DNA of 63,143 nucleotides, filler included, from Perkinsus chesapeaki ATCC PRA-425 (GCA_013115145.1; 6 parts of 6 records of this genome joined end to end with filler, not necessarily neighbours in it); one strand, 5' to 3'; counted from the whole stretch's first letter, positions 48,108 through 59,591 are shown. Numbers and translations are program-made. Notes: generated from the sequence alone by a model not told the origin.

Positions 48108-49103
48108 ATGTCCCCGCAGCCAGGGAGCCTGGAGAGTCCGACATCAATGCGTTACGTATCGGTCTTGATGGGCTTCCATTTCTGCGGTTCAGTGCTCCTA
48201 GTCTGGTTGAATAAAATAGCCTATAACGAGGGCTATAGGTGGACACTTCTTTTGACCGCACTGAGCAGCCTGTTCGCCTATGTTGCCCTCGACCTAGTAG
48301 CACGGCACGGTGTGTTACAGCGCCAGTCCGTACCTTTAACGGAATCTCTTCCCTTGTCGCTTGCCCTCTGCGGCTTTGTCATTTCTAACGACTTCGCTCT
48401 GAGGTATAACGACCCAGGAGTCTATGAGCTGGTGAAGGTCTTGGTCACACTCGGTATAGTCTTGGCGCAAAGTTACCTTTGCTCAGTGGCTCAGTCGCCA
48501 GGTGAAGGCCTCACCCTCCTCGCGATGGCCATAGGAATGACGCTAACCATGGTATCGAGCTTCAACTTCAACTTCCTCGGTTCACTTTGGGCGGTGATAC
48601 TGGTCACATGTACATCTTTCTACCAAGTTAGAATTCACAGTAGCTTGGTCGGACGGAAGTATAATCCTTCACAGCTGCTCCGTGACCAGTCATTATGGTC
48701 GTTTCCAATGCTCTTCGTTATGACTTTCCTACTCGAGGATGCTAGTGAACTGATGGGCTACACGCCATCTCTGTCTGCCATTAGCCTTATTTTTATTATG
48801 TGTCTCCTCACTCTCGCAGTCAATCTGTCTATCTACCTTATCCTCTCGGAAACCTTGCCTATTTCTTATAATGTTTTATGCAACGGTGAAGTATGCCTCC
48901 TTATTTCACTCGGTTATATATTTTTTGGAGATCCTCTCACCATTAAGAGCATCGTTGGGGTAGTCGTCACAATTCCTACCTTAGTATGGTACACTCGGCT
49001 GAGGCTTGCAAAAGCACAGTCTAATGACAACACACCAGTTGCAAGAAAATCCAAGTCTGCCTCAGAGGTTGACCCATTCGATATTGAGCTCGATGGTATC
49101 TGA
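48108..49103 (+). CDS. Triose-phosphate/nucleotide-sugar transporter family protein (SLC35E-like), intronless
   Basis: SVLLVWLNK, LRYNDPGVYELVKVL, FNFLGSLWA, VNLSIYLILSETLPISYNVL, LGYIFFGDPLTIKSIVGVVV. About 10 TM segments. Confidence 0.88.
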   Translation: MSPQPGSLESPTSMRYVSVLMGFHFCGSVLLVWLNKIAYNEGYRWTLLLTALSSLFAYVALDLVARHGVLQRQSVPLTESLPLSLALCGFVISNDFALRYNDPGVYELVKVLVTLGIVLAQSYLCSVAQSPGEGLTLLAMAIGMTLTMVSSFNFNFLGSLWAVILVTCTSFYQVRIHSSLVGRKYNPSQLLRDQSLWSFPMLFVMTFLLEDASELMGYTPSLSAISLIFIMCLLTLAVNLSIYLILSETLPISYNVLCNGEVCLLISLGYIFFGDPLTIKSIVGVVVTIPTLVWYTRLRLAKAQSNDNTPVARKSKSASEVDPFDIELDGI

Positions 49104-49249
49104 ATCCTGTACTATATTAGCTACATCATACGGGCGCTCGTCTCTTCTCTACTTGTTGTTGTATTATATAGTAAACAACCTTGAAAGACGTTTCGGATAC
49201 ACCCTTTGTAACTCGACCTTCGACGTTGGGCGTGTGAATCTCGTGAAGT

Positions 49250-50200
49250 TAATTCAATATGGACTGCCCATTTGCGCATGACGTCTCCCCGACTTTGACT
49301 GCAACGCACCAATCTACAGCGTTCTGGTAAGGCAAGCCGTTATAGCTCTCCATCGGCTTATAGCACAACGCAGCCGGCATTGAATGCAAAAACACAATCC
49401 CCATAGCGGTGGTGACAGCCCGTGCACCTCTCAGGGCATTTCCTGGGATATCTTCGATCGATGGCCATGCCCACAACCACGCCTCGTTGGACACACGGCA
49501 CGATACAGTCTCATGTGGAGCTGTCCATTCCCGTCCACACACTCACCCGAAAGATTGCCACCCGATTCTTACCTGCAAACCCATTCACCAGACTCACACT
49601 AGGAACTGGTAATCACGCGATAGCGTTTCCACCCAAACATCCCGCTAATCTTGCTCATGCATCCACGAGGCTTGTCTATCAAGAACTTTATAATGGGCTT
49701 GCAGGTATGACCACTGGCATCACTGGGTGAAATGGGCTGTGATAAGCTCTGGAGTGCTGGGCATCGCGGCTGGCTGCATTACAGTCTCTCGCGCTAGAAA
49801 GCAGAGGCGTCGGCAAGTGCAGCAGGTAGGGAACGATTCTACTTATTAACAACCAATTCGATAACATATCAGAGCAATCAGCGGGCACGACAACTCCGCT
49901 CCCGTCGCCTGGATAGTGATTCTTATGAGAGTAGCGACGACAACGGGCGACGAAGGAGAAATCGGCGATAACGTCAATAACACAGCATCTCACTTGAAAC
50001 AAGCTGTTCTTTACCATTGCGTCTAGTGTTCGAGTATAAAACGGATGGGTACTTATAACCTCAATTAAAGTCCCAAACGCTACAACTCTGGTGACGATCA
50101 CTACAGAAGAAGACGTTTGAACAAATCCGGGACAGTTGTGTGCTACAATACCTTGTCTACAAAACCCGAGAGGGCAACTTAACAGTACTGTCGGCATTCT
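49250..50200 (-). mobile_element. Possible decayed retrotransposon RNase H/integrase remnant
   Basis: GTLIEVISTHPF, YPG..VVPAD..DMLS, WLWAWPSIEDI and GLPYQNAVDW appear in pol order but in broken frames. Confidence 0.3.
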
Positions 50201-50794
50201 AGGCCTCCCTCCTAGACATAAGGTACCTTATTCTTTTTCCTCAACTCCTGATGGTAGCGCATGATAGTAAATTGCCAACGCAATTCACAGTAGTTGCCGC
50301 CGTTGTCTTATATTCATGCTTTTGAGACCAGCTAGCATGACACAAGATAGCTAGCCTAGCTAGCCTGGCAACTCCGGTGATGTCTGGCTAGCCGGGAATC
50401 AGAGAAAAAGATATTCGCTTCCTCTCCCTCACGAGTGCGGCATCCACAGTGCGGCGGCTTCATACTACGGAGTCGCCGCACTGTCGTGGGTAGATGATCG
50501 TTGAGCTAGCCTGATTGTGTGCGGGGGTTTTGCATCCTGTTTCCGAGATTTATCCTTTGGGGGGGTGGCAGGACTCGTGATATCTCCAGTAAATACAGGA
50601 GTATCTTGCTGCAAGATATGTAGCCAAACTTATACAAGATTCTTCTGGACATTTTTTCCTGTCGGCTTCTAGCAAGGATTGAGGATTAAAACTCGCATAT
50701 CACGGATTCAGCGACGCTGAATTCGACTGTCTCCGAAGACCCGTGCACTAACGGCGTGTTGGTAGTTCCGTATTTTCGAGGTGTTTTGAACAAA

Positions 50795-52075
50795 ATGGCT
50801 TCCTCACCATCTGATATGCCGAGTAAAGACTTTGGTGAGATGATCATCCCCGATGGTTGCTCGGATGCTAAAGCTGTCTACAATGTTGTTATGACTGCCA
50901 TTGGTTTGGGTTTCATGACTCTTCCGCTCGCTTTCTCCCGTGCTGGTTGGATAGGCGGTACAGTTTTGCTCCTACTCGCGGGTGTATTCGTCTATTATAA
51001 TACGAAGCTTCTTTGTGATAGCTTATGTATGAACCCCGAGGACCCTAAGCGTCCCATACCATCGTTTGAAGATCTCGGTCGTATTTGTTACGGTCGGGTG
51101 GGTGTAGTCATCAACTCTATAACCCTACACCCGTTTCTCCTATGTGCATCTGCAGCCTTTCTAATCCTTATCTCGACAAGCATGTATAGCCTTACTGGTG
51201 TCCTATCCTACAACACGTGGCTTCTTATTATGACTGTTATGATAATGCCTTTCTCTTGTCTACGATCTATGAAGGAGATCGGTGTATTTTCGGCTATCGG
51301 TGTGGTATCAGTCTTCGCTATCGTCATCCTGGTTGTCGTTGCTAGCATTGATAAATATGCTGGTGATGCCGAAGATGACACTGAAATAACGTATAATCTC
51401 TCAGGAGGCCCAATACAGCTGATATCAGTCTTCTGCACATTCCTACTATCATTTAACGTTAGTATTACCGTTCCCACCATAATGAAGGATGTAAGGAGAC
51501 CTCAGAGGTTTTCGAGAGTTGTGCTCATATCCTTTATTTTGGTTGGTGCGGTATATCTATTGGTTACTGTTATTGGCTACTTAGCTTTTGGTGATGCTAT
51601 TACCAATTACGATACTATGATTGAGGCCTTTACTCCGGCAGACCATTCAGAATGGACGGTCTATTCCTGGCTCATTAACATATGTGCAGTCATCCTTGTT
51701 GCCACCCACTTTTTGGTTATTTTATCACCGAGTGCTCAACTATCAGACCAACTCCTATCAGAGCATCTCACCAACAAGTGGAGTAATCGTGTATTGGCGG
51801 AAGTGGTTCGCTGTACTGGTCGTATTCTCCTTGTTATCTTCTGTGCTTTGATAGCCCTATTCGTGCCAAGCGTTGATAAGCTGGTCAATCTCCTTAGCGC
51901 AGTTTTCATTGTTCTCATCTCCCTGGTTTATCCGACCGTATTCTATTGGAAGATACTGCAAATTCAAGGACTTCGACAGAAAACTTGGATCGTGTGGATC
52001 CAGCGTGTCCTTGTCGCTATTGCCTTTGTTTGCCTGGTCTTCGGCACGTATAATGCCGTCAAGGATTTCTTATGA
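50795..52075 (+). CDS. AAAP amino-acid transporter, intronless, copy 2
   Basis: ATG at 50795 (AAAATGG). Collinear paralogue of 46146-47426. Confidence 0.95.
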   Translation: MASSPSDMPSKDFGEMIIPDGCSDAKAVYNVVMTAIGLGFMTLPLAFSRAGWIGGTVLLLLAGVFVYYNTKLLCDSLCMNPEDPKRPIPSFEDLGRICYGRVGVVINSITLHPFLLCASAAFLILISTSMYSLTGVLSYNTWLLIMTVMIMPFSCLRSMKEIGVFSAIGVVSVFAIVILVVVASIDKYAGDAEDDTEITYNLSGGPIQLISVFCTFLLSFNVSITVPTIMKDVRRPQRFSRVVLISFILVGAVYLLVTVIGYLAFGDAITNYDTMIEAFTPADHSEWTVYSWLINICAVILVATHFLVILSPSAQLSDQLLSEHLTNKWSNRVLAEVVRCTGRILLVIFCALIALFVPSVDKLVNLLSAVFIVLISLVYPTVFYWKILQIQGLRQKTWIVWIQRVLVAIAFVCLVFGTYNAVKDFL

Positions 52076-52174
52076 TAAATAAGTTTGAACTCAGTTTTTA
52101 CTTTTCCTCTGAAAGGTCTGTAGTGCTGCTTTGCTTGTTATAATCAAAATATGTCCTAAAAGATAATTTGTTAA

Positions 52175-52197
52175 TGCCCTGGGTTGGCGGTAGCATT
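52175..52197 (+). promoter_or_regulatory. Conserved 23-nt element downstream of AAAP copy 2
   Basis: Same TGCCCTGGGTTGGCGGTAGCATT, 100 nt after the stop, preceded by TAATTTGTTA as at 47588. Confidence 0.6.
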
Positions 52198-52399
52198 TTT
52201 CTTGATAAAATCTCCGGGAGAGTTGACAAAAGTCTCTCGAGTGGTTCTTTAGGAGTGTTAATTGGAGGATCTAATTGGAGGATCTACGTTGGTCTAATGT
52301 CTATGTTAATACTTCGAGTGTTGAGGGCAGTTTTTTTATCTGATTGTAAGCCCGTTTAAATCTGTTAGTGAATATGCTTGCGGTGTATCTACCCTTCGT

Positions 52400-53760
52400 A
52401 ATAAAATGACTTAGAAACTTCTGCACTATTCTTCAACTTCTGTCCACTCGGGTCTTTGTCGGGGCTAATGCTCAAGAGATTCGTACGGGCCTTTTCTAAA
52501 ACAATGTTATTGTATGCTTCAATATTATAAGTTGTGTTTCCTGTAAATACGCCCTGCAGCCTACACCAAATATCACGCAGTAATGATCCCAGTACCGTTG
52601 GTTACACCCGGTTAAAAGTCAGCTCGTTATTGAGGAGCTTCATCAGTATGTTGAAGGGATTTATCCGCGAGTTTCCTATTGTAACGCTGGTGAAGCACCG
52701 TGCGATCTGCAAAATGCGACCTTGAAGTAGACGACAAAGTCTACAATCGTCATAGATCATATAGCACTCACCCCCTGTAGATAATGCCCGTATAGATTGT
52801 GATACGGTAGAGTAGGATCATGACTGACTACTCGGAACGAAACATTTACATCCAGCATCAGAACACCAGGAGTCATAGTCTAGGACGACATTGAGAACAT
52901 GATTCATGCTTTCCATCATCATGTAACATAACTCTTCGTTTGTGAGCAAACACACAGCACAACACTCTCTATCCGGTGTATCCCTTTCCTAGTATAATCT
53001 GATTTCCAATTGTCGGATAGATATGATAACCAACTGTCATATTCTCAGTGATATTGCACAACTGAGTTCCGTTGAAGACCCAGTTAAAGATATTGAGAAC
53101 ACTCTTGGAGACTGACGGTTCATGTATCCTTCCTAAGAAACTTGCTGCTGTCCTGCCAAACGAATCGATTTGGGCCTTGCATTGATCCCCAAGCTCCCCA
53201 ATTGTTGGGTGTTTTGAAGAAGACCGAACGATTGTCGAGTGAGAGTTCATGCTGCGTAGCTTTTTGATATCGAAGCCTCCTTCCATGTTCTCTTGGTCAT
53301 AGGCCCATTCGATGGCAAGAAGATCCCTGAAACTATCTATATGGAATCCGTCAGTCCTCTCTTGTTTCGACATATAAACCTGGTATTTGGCTACAGTCTA
53401 AAAACGAACAGAAATGTCGTGCACTTTGCTCTCTGTACATCGTACCTTATCTGAATTATTCACGGTTTCTCTAATGAAAACTGATACCCTGCACGCATAC
53501 CGTTGCCGCTTTATTCTATCGTATGCCCCGAAAGCACCCTCAACGTAATTGCTTAACAAATGCGAAGCAAGTGACGGAATGTTTCTCTCGATGGCTGACA
53601 AATTTTGTGTTCTGTTGCTAACTAGTAGATGAGGGTTGGATAGCAGCTCTTTATCAACAAGAACGTTGAAGTCGATGAAGGCCGAGCTCCTAAGATAGGC
53701 GTCCACACGAGGCCGAAACTGAAATTCAAACCCTACCGTGATATGCGAGTCTGCCGAGCG
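52400..53760 (-). pseudogene. Decayed intronless gene, possibly amidoligase/COOH-NH2 ligase-like
   Basis: ORFs 53398-53706 and 52969-53373 are in the same frame, separated by one TAG. Motifs TVGFEFQF, IEWAYDQE and TVGYHIY. A further open stretch lies at 52400-52800. Confidence 0.4.
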
Positions 53761-54780
53761 ATATAACTTAAACTAGAGATGCGGTCCGTGTTATCGAACT
53801 CTAGCCATACCTGTTCTAAGATGATAGATCAAGTTTGCTCATTGACCGGCTAGTCCATGCGGAGGGGATGTGAGTCGAACCATCGCGCTTACTTTGCTAA
53901 GGCCACCGCCCTTCAACTGGTGAGGAATAGCCGCCGTAGCATGACTCATAGGCTACAGAATAGCAGGTTCGCATATCAGATGCGGCAACCTACCTGCAAT
54001 TCCATCGCCCCCTCTATTCCTTGCTCCACAGAATTCTGGTGTGCCTGGGTGCGGATAAAGGTGTTTGCGGGCAACACACGAAGTTCGTCTCACGAACACG
54101 CTACCTTTCGCTTTCTATTCCTATCTGGTTCCTCGAAGTTCATAAAGGATTTATCACTTGTTAACTCTTCTCGAGCACTTCGTAGAGCCAATGCTTGTAC
54201 GAATATTACGCATCGAGTGAAGAGTATCGCCGTTGTTATAGCGGAGTAGAAAGTGAGCATGTCTAACGGTAGGATGAACTGAGTGGGTTGGACAATCATC
54301 ATCTGAGCACCAATTTCATCACCAATCGAACGAAGCCAAGGAGACATATTGGGAAGAGACAAGGATAGAACGCAGACCCAAGGCGAGCGGAATACTTTTT
54401 TCGAGCAGGCGCCTTTCCACCTTGTGCACTGGATGGCCGACGATGCATACATATACGCATGCCAAGTCCAAGGAGGATCAAGCGCATATTTTGGCTCATC
54501 GTAGAGCATTGGATGGGTTTGTCTCATCATACCTTCATGCGTATCAGTGCATCACTACCCTTGTCTTTCCCTTTGAAAACCCAATTTTTATCTTACTGCA
54601 AAGCCAGTTGAGTGCCAAACACCAATGTGCGGGTTTGCTCGACCAAAGGATCTACCAATACCATGGTTAACTTTATCTTCTTATTTCCTCGCTGTAGCCG
54701 TTCAACGACTCGGATGATGTCTCGACTTGTCTTTCGTCGTACCGCAGTTTTACTCTACAACACAACAATATTTTCATGTA

Positions 54781-57700
54781 TCAAACAATTGTTGAGATGC
54801 GCTCAATTAGGTCTTGCTTCTTTCCATTCGTGCTCTGTCGCTGAGCTCGGAGGATATCTTTCAACTGTGCCACAGTCAAACGGGCAATCTGAGGAACCCT
54901 GCTATGACGATCGGCACCAACCAGGAAGCCAGTGGTTCTCGCTCCCTTACAGTTCCATCACGAATCTTCGCTCTCACTATGTTAAGGTCCACATTGAATG
55001 GCTCTGATGCACGCGCGCGCTTGGCTGGAGGAGATGAAATATCTAAAGGACCACGCTGGGTCTCACTTCAACCCTACATCGCTGTTACCATCTATTCCTA
55101 AAGATTCCTTCCAGCCATCGACGTGGGGCTTCGCCAGTTCTCCTTTATGTTCGTTCGGGAGCAGCAAGTCCTCGACAGAATCGATCTTTAGGTCTTCGTT
55201 TAACGCCAACGCTTCGAGCTGGAAGCATCGAAATGAAGTTAGCATTCGGAGAGTAGTGACCCACTCCTGCATAGAAAAGCTTTAGGCTGGGGTTGTCTAT
55301 CGAATACGGCGACCAGTGGCTCACGCGGAACCCCTTTATCACAGACTTTGCTGCTTCAACCTAGAAAAAGTCAACAATGCGGTTATCTGCAGACCCAGCA
55401 AGTTCAAAGGGATTCTCCGGTGCGTTCGTTGAACCACCGATACCCAATCGGAAACCGATTGCTTGAGTTTCTAGCCGCTTCGTTGACCTAACTTTAGAAT
55501 AATATGAATCTGGCGGCCATTGTGCACCAACGTAAAGTGTCAAGGTACACAAAAGTTATCTTATACAAGCTAACAATATACCTTAACCATATGACGGCAA
55601 TGCAACGATAATAATGACAATGGTATAGCGGGACAGAAGGAATTTTTATGAAGAAGGAAATAGCTTTACCTGACGATGTTGTTCTTCCTGCGAGACGACC
55701 TCGTCCACTAAGCTCCCTAAAATGTACTGCCCTCAAAATCTAGCAGAAGTTGATGCCTTACCAGGAAGGTTCAAAGAGCGAATATCATCTGCGAAGGGCA
55801 GAGGGATTAGAACCTACAGTCCCTAACAAGTGGGTAGACAATGTGGCAGACGGTACCAGTCCCCCTGAAGTTTGGGTGGCCTCATCTGGCATCTGTGGAC
55901 TGAGGACGCCGAAAACTGCCTGGGCGTTTGCGCGCGCCACGAATCTGAAGAATGGTGCAATAGAACTTCCTTGGGCTCCTTTACCTACCGGACCAGCGCT
56001 ATCTTGCCTCGACCGTTCATACGGCAACAGAGAGCTTCAACCTGAAAACAACATGCATGGTGATGGTGGAAGGCGGAGGCAGAGGCGGAGTTACCAGACG
56101 TTTAGATCCTGTTATTCGAGCCTCGTGAGGATAAATGAAATACCCGTGGCCGATGCGATGCTGGAACTTCAGCTGAAGACGGGAAGGAGAGGTGAGGAAT
56201 ATGGACGACATCCGCGCTATGGGTGATTTCGACATCATACAGCACGACGTCGAGGCGTTGAGGAATATGTCACCTTATTGCGGTTTTTAAATCCGATTAT
56301 TTCCAAAGAGCCGCTGACATGCTCTTCCTCTGGCTCCTCGCCTTCAACTGCTGATGGCTGCTGCTGCTGCCCGCGCCTACTCTCACATCTGACACAAGAA
56401 CTGTGGCAGGGTAGTCGAGGTAGCAGTCGGACTTCATCTCCATAATGTCGTCGCGATTCATCGGTATATGGGCTCCACCAAAATCAACGTAACTGCGAAC
56501 CTGCGGACATTGGAAGAGTCACAGAAGGAGGCATTTCTTAGATATCATCATTCATTCGCCAGAATAACACCAACACGTAACCGCAAAGCCTACGGAGTTC
56601 CTGCCGACCGTTGCTGGCTCACTTCGGTATCATAGTCCAGTAGGGCCCCAGTTTCCTCATTAACCCATCGTGTCTCGCTTTTAAGCAGCTTCAAGCTGTC
56701 TGGGTGGAGATAAACCTGAAGCCGGGAGACTGGCCTTCGCCGGGGTCGAGAGTACAATCCAAGAAACACGGAAAGCGTGCAAAACTTCAAAGGTGCTATA
56801 ATGGCATGTAATGCCATCGCGGCGCCCTCTACATTTGACGCTCAGCTGAGTTACAAATAATCACACACATTTTTCTTGAAGCTGCTCCAGCGATCTGGCT
56901 TCAATCAGAGCCAGAATAATACTAGTAATTGATTGAGTCAGAGAATGCCAGAGTGATAAGTGTCGGGACAACACCACGGGCTTGGATTGATTGCGCCTGG
57001 TGTACCAAACTTGCTGATAGTCACGCAATAAAACACAGCAGAGGGACCAGCTCACCGGATGAGGGACAGTAGCCTCCTTTACATGACAGTACACTTGGAC
57101 AGCAGCGACATACTCCGATGAGCCGGCGAAGGTAAGGTTGCAACGGTTGAGGGACCTCACCTTGTACCTGACTAAAACATAGCCGAGGTAGCGATGCTTG
57201 TTGATACTCTTTCCGTCTGATGATCGTGGCCAAGTCATCCATGATACCTCGGGTGTTCTCCAGGAACCTATCGGAGCTATCTACGAGGCATGACATGAAA
57301 CGGCTCACTTTTGAGGATCATGGCTTTCCTCAATCTCTTGGGGAAGTGGCAGCACATCCGACCAGAACTGACAACAGGAGGGATGTGCTAGTCAAAGTCA
57401 CATTTTAGAAGTGCCTCAGGCCACGGATCTACTCGTATGCACTCAGTGCATCTCAGGTGATCCCGTCCTTCCTATACAATGCTATTGCAGAAAGGATGTC
57501 TTAAATGTCGATGATCTGCTTGAGATTAGAATAGACGCTTCATCGTCACGCTTAAATTGTTGATGTATTTTCATCACACGAGTAGCCGCCAAACCATACG
57601 CTTGTCGGTATACGACCGATACCTATTTTATTGATAAACTCATCGACGTGGCCAGGACCCTTTATGGTTGCCAAGCGTCACGTTTCTATGCTCCCCATGG

Positions 57701-59066
57701 CTGACTTGCCAAATCCTCCCTATCTAACTGAGCGGTGATAAACTACACCAATAGGCTGCACACCGAATTTGTACGCTTGTTTGGTTCTTATAGTATAAAG
57801 TAATCATATCTCAGTGCCGGTGTAGGGGTACGGAGACTGAGGATCCAACTCGGAGCTGCAGAGGATCTTACCTTCATAACATCGAACTGTTGTGCCTTCT
57901 CTGAGCTATTAAGACCGAGAACAGCCAAGTCGATGTCGGTATCTGTTCATCCGCCTGCTGGTGACACACTTTAGGCACCCACCATTGGCAGCAACATCCA
58001 GAGCTTTCATCTCAGCCGCTTTCCTCTCCTGTGTGGATCCGGCCGGGTTATCGTCGTTCGTTATAACGTAAATACGTCGCCCGATGTTATTCTTTGATGC
58101 TCGAGTTTGGAAAATATTGCCTGAACCAGAATCGCCGAGCTAGATGAACATAGCGCGGCCTACTGGCAACCCAAAGGGCGTTGTGCAAACCGAACGCTGA
58201 GGAGATCATAGGAGGCCCTTTGCGGAAGCGTCGGTGGAATTCCTGAGAAGTGTTACCGATGCGGGGAACAGTGAACATTCGTACACTTTTGTCGAGGACA
58301 GCCGCCAAGTCCATCATGTCCCTTATGCGAGATGCACTCGGTTGAGCCAGGTCTTGCACCACCTACAGCGCCGAGCAGGAGTGGTAGTAGGCATTTCCGA
58401 GCCTACTGTGACCCCAGCAAGGTCCATAGGATTAGCGTCGGCACCAGATGAGTTATAGAGTATCTGAGCAACGCACGCTCAGGAAGGAATGATGCGGGTC
58501 TTGCCTACCAGTCCTGTCATGTCCTCGGGCCTGCCGATGATTTTAGATCTCATCAGATTAGCTATGGTGTTGATTATGTTACTCAAGCACGTTGCCGCCT
58601 TGCTGCCGTTGCTCTGGTTCCCTCCCTCGGTTTGGGTTGAAGCCTCTTCCGTGAACAGCACCTCCTCATTCGCTACGTCTAGGAGGAAGATAACCTGAAG
58701 AAGGATCGCTTAAAGGAAAAGAAGGCTCCAAGCTATCGTTGTTGAGGTTTCTAATATAGGAGCATGCCAAGTATCCTGCCAGATTATTATCCAATGACAA
58801 CGAGTCGTCACTTTGCATTTTTATTAAACATCCAGTTATCACTCCAGTGAGCCTCAAGTGTAAAGGACCCACTAGCTACATCGCCTCTTATCCCTTTCCG
58901 AGGCGTTCTAGGACGTCCCCCCTTAAAAGGGCGTTGGTGAACTGTCAGCCTTACCGCATCGCGAGACTTATTCTGGACTTCCTCCTCCGCATCGTCGAAG
59001 TAGTCTGAAAGGCAGTCGTGTAAGCTCCTCACCACCGGTGGGCACAGGTGAGATTCTTGAGTCCAT
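54781..59066 (-). CDS. KU70: Ku70 (XRCC6) NHEJ DNA-end-binding subunit, multi-exon
   Basis: vWA part DAVIFLLD..NLMRSKIIGRPEDMTGLILY..LHNALWVAS..RRIYVITNDDNP. Core YFIYPHEARITGSKRL, GVLSPQ, SIDNPSLKLFYAG|LEALAL. NLS-like PAKRAR. C-terminal SAP LTVAQLKDILRAQRQSTNGKKQDLIERIS. Confidence 0.95.
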
Positions 59067-59591
59067 GGACAATAACCGGAAACAGATGGGAATCGAGGCT
59101 CATAAATATCGAGACTACAGGGTGACCGAAATATCCGCCTTCACGAAAAAGTCACGCCACAAAGCACATTTTTTGGGGTGACCCTGTAGTGTTATTCTCA
59201 GCCATGCACTCAACTGCCTTGCAATGTTAACTAATAATGCGGTGTTGAAAATGGTAAAATCGACAGTCGACGGTCGTCGGTCGTTCATACTCCAGCCAAT
59301 TCCTCCGCCCCTAGCCGCGAGGAAATCTAACTAAGGGAAGCAAACAGATGATATGCTTGTGACGTCAGCTTTATTAAAGTTAATCGTTAACAGTAGTTCA
59401 CAGAAAGTGTAGAAGCATGGACGCCACATTTCTTAATGTTCTTATCGCTCCTCACCAAATGTGTCCCCCTTTAAGGCTGTCTCTGCATTGAAAGCTAGAT
59501 CAGCGGTATCAGCAGCGGTGCTCGCGTCCATCGTGTATTGATAATATTAACAATAGAGATGGAACCAAGCTGGAGGATATGGGTATCTAGC

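Noticed and set aside
53850-54700. Integrase-like fragments downstream of Ku70
   Set aside because: The nearby SAP motif proved to be the Ku70 C-terminus, and the remaining motifs are weak and spread over three frames.
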